A DNA stretch of 63,636 nucleotides, the filler included, from Rhabdomonas costata (taxonomy: Eukaryota), in assembly GCA_019059605.1 (NCBI GenBank). It is 17 parts of 17 records of this genome, joined end to end, with 100 filler letters (N's around TTAATTAATTAA, not from the genome) between each part and the next. Parts side by side here need not be neighbours in the genome. Positions count along the whole stretch, not along the records: positions 11,252 to 14,900 come from JAHMHO010000636.1; positions 15,001 to 18,650 come from JAHMHO010000637.1; positions 18,751 to 22,404 come from JAHMHO010000638.1; positions 22,505 to 26,155 come from JAHMHO010000639.1; 13 more parts are not named here. One strand, 5' to 3'. The translations under genes and the position numbers were made by a program. The notes below the pieces were generated by a model. That model saw only the letters and a list, made by a program, of their open reading frames with translations. It searched no databases and was not told the DNA's origin. The stretch's first letter is position 1. Each line of letters begins with the position of its first letter. This document shows positions 14,317-26,255 of the stretch, one piece after another.

Positions 14317-15796
14317 TAAGTGGGGGTCCGGGACGGGCAAGGGTACAATGTGGGTAGGTTTTTGGTTTTTGCGGAAATCCAACAAGAGTTGCGCAAAACC
14401 GCGAAGCATTGGCAGCTGCAAACGATCAAACAAAAGACAACAAGGATAGGGCACAGAAGCGCAAAACGTGGAAGGACGATGTACACAAACAAAACTCGAC
14501 AAGAAAACACGTGGCGAGGAAAGAGACTTTTACAGGTGGAGCGCCCGATTGAAGACTCGGCGCAACAGCATCGAAAGAAAAGGAGAAAGCCCTTGGGAGG
14601 GATTTGACTGGCGGTGCTGCACAGCAAAGTGGACAGTTCCTTGGGGACAAATGCGGTCGCTTATGAATGGAACTGGCGCTGGAGTGGATGTTTTGCTCTG
14701 ATGACTGATTATATTGACCAGAAGATGGGCATACCGCACCGTGATCGCCATCTTTAACTTTCAGCAGGGAAAAGAGCGAATCTCCGGCACCACTGTTAAA
14801 GCGGTTGACATGCCACTGCCTCCTTCCAAAAAGAGTTCCCAACATTCCGGCACCGTGTGTGTGCAGAGCAGGTCTGGCCACGACATGGCGAAAAAAACCC
14901 NNNNNNNNNNNNNNNNNNNNNNNNNNNNNNNNNNNNNNNNNNNNTTAATTAATTAANNNNNNNNNNNNNNNNNNNNNNNNNNNNNNNNNNNNNNNNNNNN
15001 TGTGTTGGTGTGTACATAGAAAAAAGCAAACGAGATTGCAACGGAGAGCGTTGCAACATGGGGAAAACGGGCTTCTTGCTCTTCTGTGGCAATAAAAAGC
15101 TGAGAACGGCTTGCAAGCACCAAAGCAAGTACAGAGGAGAAAGTGTTCCGAAAGAAATCTGAGGTCTGGGTTCGCTCAGACTAGCTTCCCATTATCTCAA
15201 TAGGATGTCGTTTTTAGCAGCGGATACAGGAGGGCCCTGTGGACACGCACAGAGAGAGAAATATGGGAGGGCATTAAGGAACCAACGCGGTGCGGAAGCC
15301 CCGAAACCATACAATACACGTACCCTGATTTCGCATCAAACCGGCTGGCCGGTCCATTTCAGTGACCGAAACTCCGCAGGGAAAGGTATATGGCTGCATG
15401 TGTCCAGCAAGGCCAACGTGAGAAGCAGTTTAGCAGATAGAATTCATATAAACCATAAACCATCTTCTTGCGGATAGGTGACCCGCAACACTTCATCAAA
15501 AGACGTCACTTACTTTCAACTATGCCGGTAGCTGCAGACCTTGATGCCACAGACCACCAATATGCCATGGATCCTCGGGACACTGAGGCAGTACCGCGGC
15601 CAATGCAATGCAAAGACTCAAAACAAAAAGATTCGATCCGCGCAATCCCGGAAGTGACTATAATAAAAACTCTCAAAAGGGCAAAGCCGAAGCAAGCCCG
15701 GGGTCTTTTGCACGTACAGTGGCCTCGTTCCTTGCCGCCTGTTGCCCACCGAAATAAAAGGGTTCATGCTGCGTTGCTCCGCGTCCTTGCCACCAC

Positions 15797-16900
15797 CTGC
15801 CCACGCTCAGGGGCGTGATGATGTGATCGGCCTGGGGTTTTCGGGAAACGGGGATCCCGGAAGTTCGCAAGACGTGAAGCCCTTCCGTAGGAACATCGGC
15901 AGGAACAGGTTTTCCAACCTCGCCTGGAACTTCACCTGGGGCTTGAAGAGGGGAGGCATCAATGGGAGATTGTCTACATGAAAAAAAAGCGATGCAGAAG
16001 AAAAGAGCACCAGCTCAAAAGAACTCACCTTCCCACTCCACTCCGTCATCGTCGGAGCCCTCGCTGAGGCCTGGCGCCTCTAGGGATTCCACCCATTCTT
16101 CAATGGAGTCCTCAAAGCACGCGCTGCCCGAGGGGTACACCACCGTGGGAGGGGTGTTGGGGTACAGCCTTCGGGGGGCCTCTTCGGAAGCTGCGAAATG
16201 GATAAGTCCACATGAAGGGAGAAAAGGGGGTTCCCACCGCGTTTAATACGAATCGCCCACTCGCGGCCCAGGCAGGAAGTAAGCAGTGCTCGTCAGCCAC
16301 TCCCCAGAAAATAAAAATAGAAACAGCTGAAAAGTTGAGCCGATCTGCCGATGGCACGAAAGGGATAAAAATAGAAACAGCCAACATTACTAGCCGGATC
16401 AAGAAGAAGCTGCGTCGGAGGTCCGAAACCGTGCACCTCCAGAACGTCAGGAGAACGCCAAGCCCAAAAAACGCCCCAACTGACGGCAAAGTGCATTCGG
16501 GTACTGGTACAAACAGGCGAGGTCATCCCCAACCAACCCCAACCGGAATCGCAACACCTAAAACTATATATAAAATGAGGGATGGAAAGAATGCAACAAA
16601 GAAAGACGGCATTTGGTCCCTCCACGACAGAGAGACCGAACCCACCTGGAGAAGTTTTCTTTCCTTGAACTCCTGAAGGGATTGTGCTGTCCACAGGCTC
16701 GTCAAAGTCAATGCCTGCAACAGCCTTCCCACACTCACCTCCACCCTCCGCCACCGCCTTGCAGCCTCCGCGGGGGTAGAACGTGATCGGTGGTGTTGTG
16801 GGGTACCGCATGCCACCAAACGGCCGCTTCTCGGGGTGCTCCTCCGCGGAACCGCCGCTGCGCAGCCTTCTCTGAAGGCAAGACAGCGCCTTTGCCACGG
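15797..16900 (-). CDS. Hypothetical spliced protein with an internal repeat; exons ~16900-16646, 16190-16029, 15935-15797
   Basis: Phase-1-consistent GT-AG junctions (donors GTGGGT, GTGAGT). Repeated peptide YPTTPPITFYPRG / YPNTPPTVVYPSG. Confidence 0.5.
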
Positions 16901-19900
16901 CCTGCTTCAGCCCCGTCGGTCGGAGAGCGAATGGGCGGTGCGCGGTCAGCTTTGCTGGGAGCTCGGAAGGCATTACTGGTGCTCTTTAAAGGTTCACAAC
17001 AGGGAAAAACAACAAAGAAGCCTGAGCAACGAGGAGAGAGAGAGCAGAGCTGGAGCTGCACCCCATACGTGGTGTCCTGGCGCAACTTTATTTTCTCATC
17101 CATGTGAAAGCATTGTACGGCAGGTGGTATGTTTGCGCTGCGGGGCCGCCACAGGTTGAAGTCGTCTGTTGTGCACGCGCTCGCAAATGGCGCAATTTGC
17201 CCGGGAGCAATGCCTTGCATAGAGAACGCCACCCGATGCTCTGGGGAATGGGCGGTGCTGATTTTGCAGGTCATTGGGGGGGGGATTATCCCCCCCAGGT
17301 CTTATCTGTTCTTTCCTCCTCTACGCCCTGCACCACCGAACTCCGGGACTCCGGGACAGGAAATCACCATGCTGATGGCCTCTAAGCGAAATCACAGTGC
17401 TCCATTGACCTCGGGACAGAAACATGGGTTCGTCAGCACTGGGCATCCTACCATTTCATACCCGTAATCACGCTTATACAATGATCCCTAACCCTCATTC
17501 AAGTCCAGCTTTGACCAAGAAGGGGTGAAACGGCCTCGGGCCCACAGCCCACACTACAGTGAGAGAGAAGCCCGGGATTCGGGGCGGAGTGAAGGGTCCC
17601 CCCCATAAAAGGAAAGGGCGTGATGGCCAAACCTGTGGAACAGAGGAACAAATCGCGAGGACACACACAGTGGAATGGGCCCCACGAAGGATATACACAT
17701 TCCACCCCTCTCAGCCGCTACGAGAGCGTTGACAAAAGAAGGAGAGGCAACGCTCCTTCCAGTCCCAGTCACAAAAGTAAGCGAGAAGACAGAGCCCCAC
17801 CCACAGCACACCCACAGGAAAGAAACACGAGCTGACTACATGCACACAGGCCAGCAAGAAAACGGCAATTGTGATCAGACTCTCGTGACATGAGGACCAA
17901 GGGCTGAGCAGAAAACCAATCATTCCCAGCCAAAGAAACAGCCCGTTCCGAATTTCCGCCATGAGAATGCCTCTCCAACTGCCCAGGAGAGCGCTGCACA
18001 TAGCCCACATTCATACACCGGCCAACGACATCACACAAACACACACAACTAACCTAGTCTTCCGAGCTCCATTGCAGCGACGCAATGAGTTCCACGCAAA
18101 CGCACACATATTGGAGGCAAAGGACACCAAAAGCTTACAGGTCTGAAATACGCGCGTCCTCCCCAACACAAAGCCGACGGCATTGTGAGAGAAGGGGATG
18201 TGATTCAAGGAAAGGGAAGCGTTGAACTCAGAAAGCCGGTTCACGAACCACAAAAAATGACAGAAAAGCTTACAATTCTCGCGAAATGCTCAACACATTC
18301 TCACCTCAGGATTCCAGGGTTCCAGGGAAAGTTCGTCAGTGACAAAAAGTGATTGAGTGAGTGAGTGATAAATGCAATCAATGTGAACCCAAATCAGCGG
18401 TGACTGTAAAACCTCGATCAACCCAACAGAGGAGCACTTCTCTGGGAGCTTGGTTGTACAAGCATTCAAACAAAATGACTCGGGAGAGGAGTGGCGGTGG
18501 CAGAGTGGAAACAGTGCACGTGGATGAGTGACCGCATGTGCACGGGAAGGTGGTGGGGTGCAGGAAAGTGCATGGACTTCTCGAACGGGATCGGGCCGAC
18601 ACGACGCCAGATCGCCGGAGAGGATGGGAAAAGACGTTCACCCACGTAGANNNNNNNNNNNNNNNNNNNNNNNNNNNNNNNNNNNNNNNNNNNNTTAATT
18701 AATTAANNNNNNNNNNNNNNNNNNNNNNNNNNNNNNNNNNNNNNNNNNNNTTTTTTGGTCAGAAGTCACTTTCAGGGTTGCTGCGAGAAGGCCTTCTGTG
18801 CAGCAACAACAACGCCATCTTAAGGCTGGCCTGTAAAATCATTCTTTTGGCTGTGGTCTCTCAACCGTAGATGATCTCTAGGACGAAGCGGGTTCTGCCC
18901 CTCGCTGCTCGTCACGGTGCCGTCATGTGCATGTTTATGCTATGAAGCGCAATGAACACAGGAATTCAGGAACATATTCATGCACAGAGAACGGGTGCAG
19001 GTGCAGGTGTGCAAAGTGGCACTCAACCTGTCTTCTCTCTTCTGTGCCTGATCCACCCCCCTGGGCTTTTTGGTCAATGATCCAGCCCAGAGGTCAGCTT
19101 TCGCCTGGTAGCCATCGCTGCAGGCCACTTGTCATGCCCTCTCCTACCCTTTCTAGGTCCACACATACCTGAGAATGGGCATCCGTCGAACCGTGTGCAG
19201 TGTTGGATACATTGTGTCATGACGTTGATGTGTGCACCTGCCTGCAGGCGGTGTCGAGCGATGCCTTGGGGACACTGGTGAATGGGGACCGGCCAACATC
19301 CAATGGTCCTCCGCGTGATGTGTGCGTGTGCGCGTCTGCATGCAACTTCTTCCCTCCTGCCAGTGGCACAACTGTACCGGCTGGTACATTTCGTATCTCA
19401 ATACAAATTTGCTGATAAACTTGTGAATGGGTCGGCGAGTAATGGTTCTGGCGCAGCGGTGCCTACCTGTATTTTGCTTGTGTTTTTTTTGTTTCTGTGA
19501 GTCCGAAATTCCTTGTAAAATCTGGTGCTGCCCACTTCCCAGAAAAATGGGCACCCTTGAAAGACACACAAAGTCCAACACGGAAGGTTGTTGTGGGTGT
19601 CCTCCGCACAATTGGTGGGGCTTAAGCCTTACAGATTCAAATGCAGTACAACTTGCTTGCTGGAGCTCTGTCATCTCCACCGCCACACGTCAGTTACACA
19701 CCGATAAACATATATGATGCGCTGATTTCGCACGTCCGAAGTCCAAGGAATGACACCCTGGTCATTGATGTTCGCACATCTTTGCTGCTGGACCATTATT
19801 TTGCAGAGACAGCTTCTGAGTCTTGTCGGAAGCGTGCACCCCAGTGGGGTTGGTTTGTAGAGCTGATGCGTGGGTCCTCTCTCAACGCTCCCCTTCACTC

Positions 19901-22900
19901 TGTTTAGCTTGCGAATGAAGGGGTTTACCGAAATTGTGAAGTTACCGAAAAGATGGTTTGTTTGGTGTTGCTCAGTGAGTTGAAGAGGGGCTTGTTTGGA
20001 ACTGTTCTGATGATAACTTCGTGGTTTTTGGAGAGAGGGAAAGAAGAGTGGTGAACTAGTGTCTGGGTCTTTGGGGGGTGTTCGTTATATGTTATGCCGC
20101 TTCGCACTTCGAGTATTGTTCGCTGTGTCTTTTTTTTTTTCGGAAACTTATGTTTTCGTATGGTTCGCTTTGGCCTTCAGGGCGGGTTCGCGTGTGTGCT
20201 GTGTTGGAGTTTTTGTTTGAAAGTCCATGGCGAAAACGTACATTGTCACGTTTCATGAGAACCCATTTCCAGCTTGCTAGCATATTTCCTTCCGTTAAAC
20301 GCGACGACTTCACCAGAGTTACGTGTTTGTTTGGTTATCCGAAACCTGTGATTGGATGTTTCTTCTCTAAATCCTGTGTGTGTCCTGAAGCCGTGGCCAT
20401 CTCGGTTGGCCCTCTCCATTTGCTTCCTTGTTATGGACGGTTGTTTTCCGGGTGGTCAAACAGGGACCAAACGAACGAACGAACGAACGCTGCGTTCGAG
20501 CATCATGTCATCAGTCTGCCAGTCTGCCGGCGCTCCGCGTAGTCCCTTCCGGCATTTATGCCAATGACCGCTTTTGAATGAGGCTTTGGATGGTATGAAA
20601 AAAATTGCCGTGTCGTGGCGCTTAACTTGCCGTTATCGATGGGCCCAAATGGATGACCAAATTGTCTTCCCCAAAAATCCAAAAGGTGCTAAACCAGAAG
20701 CGTCCACCAACGCCCTTCCTTGGGCACCGCATGATGGAGGCAGGTGGCCCCCGCCGTCGTGTAGGATCCTTCCGGGGCCCGCATTTACGGTAGATGCCCG
20801 GAACACGGTTCTGTCATTCTAGATCTTCAGCGGGCCATTTTGGTAATTAGGGGTTCGGATTCAGATGTGAGTGTGGTAAGTTGTGGTTTTGAAAATGTTT
20901 TGTAAATGTGTTAATGTCTGGTGTTGTTCGATTTTTATTTTATATATCTTCATAGTTTGTGTGTTCTTTCTTCCTGCCCCCAACCCCCCCTCATCAGCTA
21001 ATGCGTTGCGTTGTTCGCACCCCAAGGCCACCATTTTCTCAACCGACCTTGGATTGCCCTTGTTTGCAACCAACATCTGGCTTTGTTTGCGAACACCACC
21101 ACGATGATGCAAGGAAAAGCCNNNNNNNNNNNNNNNNNNNNNNNNNNNNNNNNNNNNNNNNNNNNNNNNNNNNNNNNNNNNNNNNNNNNNNNNNNNNNNN
21201 NNNNNNNNNTTTCTTCCTGCCCCCAACCCCCCCTAATCAGCTAATGCGTTGCGTAGTTCGCACCCCAAGGCCACCATTTTCTCAACCGACCTTGGATTGC
21301 CCTTGTTTGCAACCAACATCTGGCTTTGTTTGCGAACACCACCACGATGATGCAAGGAAAAGCCTTACCGTGACAGCCGGGACGCGACAACGTCATCTTT
21401 CTTCTTACACAGGAAGGGCGGCATCGACGCAGGAGATGACACGACGACCAAGAGCGTGTTCGATAAAAGGTGGGGGAGAGTAACCGTATGTGTTGGGGCG
21501 CAGCGAACCATCACATTCAGGTAATGTCACGACGACCTCATCTTCCACTTTACCGGTCGGCCCTTCTTCGTCGGACCTCCCCTCTTATAGCCACCCTTTA
21601 ACTCAGGGAGCCATCACCCAGCGGGACTCTCTCTCTCTCACTCTAACTCTCTCACTCTCTCTCAATTCACCCTAATCATTGCCTTCTGAGTGATGAAGTG
21701 ATGCTATACCTTGCCGCTGATGCGGTCATTTTGGTGGTACTGCGCGGGTACTGACACACGGGTTATGGTTGACACTGTACCACGACCACCAACGTTACCA
21801 TTACCAACATCAAGGTCTAGCACTGAATTCGTACACCACTACTAATAGGGTAACACACCCTACGTTGATGACATACAGGCATGCGTCCTACCTCGAAGCC
21901 AAGGGATATGGTGGTGCATTTGTGTTATGTGTAAGGTCCGTACGTGGAGGGTGTCCACAAGCTGTTCGGTAAGTCCTCGCAGCAAGGAACCACCACACCC
22001 ACAACACCAGCAACAGAGACAGCAACATGCACCAACACAGCACTAGCATCAACCATCACACTCCGACACACGAAACCATCCACCCCAACCGCAACAAACA
22101 CACCCTGAGAGCCAAGAACGCAGGAACAATTAACGTGCACTACAGAAGCACTAACAACGGAAGCATCGACACCACTACCCACCAACTGCAACACACCATC
22201 CAACCCAAGCACATCAACAGAGTCATTAACAAACGTAGCATCGACACAACACGCAACAAGCAATACAACAACGAGAGCACGAACAACAGAAGCAAGAACA
22301 CAGGACACAGAAGCGTCATGGTTAACGGACACAGAACCTGAGAGCATGGTAGACCGACACAGTGAGCATGGTTGAGACCAACACCAACAGGGACACCAAC
22401 ACCCNNNNNNNNNNNNNNNNNNNNNNNNNNNNNNNNNNNNNNNNNNNNTTAATTAATTAANNNNNNNNNNNNNNNNNNNNNNNNNNNNNNNNNNNNNNNN
22501 NNNNGTGTTGGGTGTGGTTGGGTTTTGGGTTGCTAGGACAGAAATCAAGGGTGGCGGGTGTATTCCCGTCTGTGACTCGCTGCCCTACCGCGTCCTGTCT
22601 GCCTCATCAGTTGCTTCCGAGTGTTGGCGTCGGTGGCGGCTTCCAGAAATACTCTGATGTCCTGGGGTGAACCGGCGACACCAACGCCGAGCCTTGAGTG
22701 AGTGAGGAATCCTTTATTTCGGCTCTGTATTAATGTCTGTACTCCCCTTTCCCAGTCTTGTTTCCAGTATGATGAACCCGCTTCTATCACATTTAACACT
22801 GTCGCTCCCCAAGCCTTGTTTGATAGTACGTTTGCATGGCCACGTTGTTGAATTTCCTGTCAGGTAGCTTCTGCGTTACTGCAACACCCTTGAACACTGA

Positions 22901-23559
22901 AGGGATGACCTTTTCTTCACTGCAATCTGTTGACTAATAAGAAAAAGACTACAATTCCAAAAAAAAAACATCGTGCTTCCCTGATCCGCAAAACATTGAC
23001 AAGCAGTGCAAGCCTTAGCCTATGTGACATCTTCCAGTCTTCCAATGGAGGAAAGGTTGCAGAGCAATCACCACCACCCGACAAAGCGGACCCTTCTCTC
23101 AATTTCCCGTCTTTTCCCTAATCCAAAGCTGAACCCTTACGCTATGCTGTGTTTTTTTGTTTCCTTCTAACGCTTTTGCTTTGGGATTGGGAAAGAGGTG
23201 ATTTTAAACTAAATTTCTACCGGCAGCAGTAAAGTATTTTGCAAAGTAAGTAAGAAAGTATCAGTAAACCTGGCCTTGAGCCCAGTACGAGGTTAGGGAA
23301 ACCGAGCCCTCCTACACCTGAGGAGCACCAGCACGGAGATAGGGGCCAGAACATCGACCCCAGAGCAGACGTGACACGGCAGTTGAACGTACAGCATGCG
23401 GCATCTTCCATTTCGGCTCCGGAATTGGAAAATGCTTCTCCTTATACATCTTCACACGTTGCCATTTCAAACAATTTTTTGTTGCCACAGTAGAGTTATC
23501 GGCTAACATTTCAGGAGCGCAAGGCCGATGCCCCGCCTCTGCCTCCTCATCCAGCTCCC

Positions 23560-24030
23560 AAACCATCCACGGCAATTCCGCCCAGATCAATGGAGGAGCC
23601 TCTCTCCAACATTTCTGGCCTCCACGGAACATTCCGATCGGGACAGGCGTGCGCCGATTGCCTCCGATCCCGAAATAAGATAGGAAAGCGGAAGAAGCTG
23701 TCTGGGCGCAAAGACGTTCAGGAGCTGATCAAGAACATTGATCCAGCGACCTGTGGCCTCCAGTTCAGACAGTTCAAATTTACACACAGGTGCTCAAGCT
23801 CAACGAGGAGTAAAAATATCTCTCTCCACAGAAGCTGTCACAATGGCTGCCACCAGCTCGTCCTACCGACCACCGCATTACCCCATTCCCCGCATGGAAG
23901 AAATGCACGATAAAGGTGGAGATAGCTGCTTCTTCTACGATATTGGCATGCGCTCTGGATTCCACCAGATTTGGGTCTACCCAGACCACGTGGATTGCAC
24001 AGCCTTCAAATACAAGTATATCCGCTTTAA
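23560..24030 (+). mobile_element. Decayed Ty3/gypsy LTR retrotransposon reverse transcriptase fragment
   Basis: HYPIPRMEEMHDKGGDSCFFYDIGMRSGFHQIWVYPDHVDCTAF matches the gypsy RT consensus YPIPRIDELLD..GGA..F..IDL.SG.HQI.V...D..KTAF. Truncated before the YxDD motif. Confidence 0.8.
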
Positions 24031-25372
24031 GATGATCAGGGTGAATACGAATCTGATTAAACATTCACGCAAATCCAACTATTGAAACACATTATTAGTT
24101 TACAAGCGTTATAAATAATCTCATCAATGCAAGTTAAGGGATACGAATCTACGACCGTCACTGCATTTAAACGACGAAAGTCAACACACAATATCAAATT
24201 TCATTCGCCTTCCGTACGAACAGCACTCCCACTTCCGCACCGTACGGAGACGCAAACTCTTAAGCTGCTTCTGTGGCTACACATCCTCAGCTGGCGACAT
24301 CCTATACAAAATTTGTTCTGGGATCTTGATGTCAGACTTCAGATCAGTGCTGTGATCAATCTTCATCGCTGGCGGCAAACCACCTGGAACTTTTTGTGAA
24401 AGACGTCTGGAATTCACTATTCAACACAACAACCTTTGGTGGTGGCACTACCTCCACGGGGGCCGCACACACTGTACACCTACTTGATCAGCCTCTCTAC
24501 ATCTTTCATCGGAGAATTTCCAAAACTTTCTCTTCGTCTTCCATTCTTGCTCTTGCGATCTTGCCACAACTCGATGATTTTTCTTCACCTCACTTGCTGC
24601 TGCTCCCAAAAATTTCTTGGAGCACTGAAATCTCTGCTGTGTGTCCACTCCCAACAACCTCACCAGTCTCCCTCCACCTATTTTCAACCTCTTGATCTGA
24701 CCGTGAACTCTCACCGGCTAAACTGAGCACTGAAGACTGAAGTCTTCACATCTCACTGTGGCACCACCACAGTCGCAATCCTCCCATCCCTTTCAACTCT
24801 GCTTCCAACATTCCCATTGTGGGCAGTGTGGCGCGAAAAGAGTATGCAGCTGGAAGAATGTGTATATCATACCTTTCTATGCTTCCACCACAGTCCCACT
24901 GGAATTTCTGTCTAAATACGAGCACGAGCAGGTCCTCTCAGTCTTATACCAATCAATTCTGCCAACGCCTTGCGTGCCGCGGGCTGGATGACTCTAAACC
25001 AGTCCCTGCTGTCTTGTACAAACCTGTCTCGTACCAAAATGCCCACAATTAGACTCTGCTACCACGCGAAGACTTGTCGCGACAATGAGCTCGACGCGCT
25101 TTAAAACTCATAGCGGTTATATGATCAAACGTCTTACTGGTCAGACAACAACAAGAAAAAAGTGTTAGCGCGCAAAGCCCCTATCGGGCAGGTGTCATGT
25201 TGCCAGTGCAGGAGACGGGTTTTCAAAGAGGCCCAGGAATGGCATCTCCCACGGATTTGACCGTTTTACTTTCGTGTGCAAGGTGGGGACGCATGTACCA
25301 CTCAGTGGACTGGCAGCGGGTTCTGCGTCCAGTTTCTCGTTTTGTGGTTTTGGGTCAATTGCGCGCACACAC

Positions 25373-26050
25373 CAGCTCAGCTGCCTGAATCAGGAAGTGC
25401 GTGCGGTCTGGCTGGTAGTGTTCCAGCACGGTCAGGATGAGCCCCAGACAGGCCTCCGCTACCGTCCACCGCTCAGCAGGGTCCTCGTAGCCTCGCTCCA
25501 TAAACGGCACAAAGACGTCATCCGTGACAAAGCTGAAGAAGGGGAGGGAGAATAAGAAGTGACACCCCAGGCGGACACAGATGTGGGTACATACGTTCAG
25601 TTCGGCAACGAAAAGAAAGGGTACATCCAACAGTGAAAGCAGAAAATACGCCCCAAAATATCACCAAACACACCGCACACTAACGTGTCCCCACGTCTTG
25701 AGCACAGCGTATAACAGCGGAAACCATAATACCGAAGACGAGCAGTTTCGTGACTCGTTAATTCGCGCATGCCTGATGTACGGAAGGAAGGACGGAATCG
25801 CGGGGCAGCGTGGAAGGCCTAGCAGGGGCTCAAACAGGGCTTCCAGAAGGGTCACAAACCCGCGAGTCTCGGGATACAGCCTGTTTCGACACATGAGAGG
25901 GAGTGAAAGATTGCCAGGACTACAATTTTGCCAAGCCATTACAAAGGATAATTCGGTTCTCAGGAACCGCGTCCACCCCATCGATACCAACGCTCTGCTT
26001 GCTGGATACGTCTCTTCCACCTCATAAAAGGATCCATCAGACCTGCCTCC
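25373..26050 (-). CDS. NUP205: Nucleoporin Nup205/Nup192, internal exons (~26050-26010, ~25895-25773, 25532-25373)
   Basis: LYPETRGFVTLLEALF...SFLPYISFVTDDVFVPFMERGYEDPAERWTVAEACLGLILTVLEHYQP resembles Nup205 YPLTRAF..L...FDPYLQFLRDSVF..F..RAY...AEKWEVAE..LE.F..LL.DYEP (recalled alignment). Confidence 0.78.
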
Positions 26051-26255
26051 TCTTCATAGCAGTGAGCCTTTTGCTTGATGACAGTCAATGACGTGGACCG
26101 ATAACCACATTTTCGTCGATCCAACGCAGACCAAAGACCACGCAGACCCAACCCCNNNNNNNNNNNNNNNNNNNNNNNNNNNNNNNNNNNNNNNNNNNNT
26201 TAATTAATTAANNNNNNNNNNNNNNNNNNNNNNNNNNNNNNNNNNNNNNNNNNNN

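Noticed and set aside
19600-19800. Possible RNase H remnant (LTDS..., ISHVRS) of a non-LTR element
   Set aside because: The motifs are too short, lie in different frames and have no supporting RT sequence.
20968-21363. ~154 bp direct repeat flanking the N gap at 21122-21209
   Set aside because: Nearly identical sequence on both sides of a scaffold gap indicates an unmerged assembly overlap.
22505-22531. G/T-rich contig starts and C/A-rich contig ends as telomeric repeats
   Set aside because: There is no fixed repeat unit, and the pattern occurs at most contig termini, consistent with low-quality read ends.
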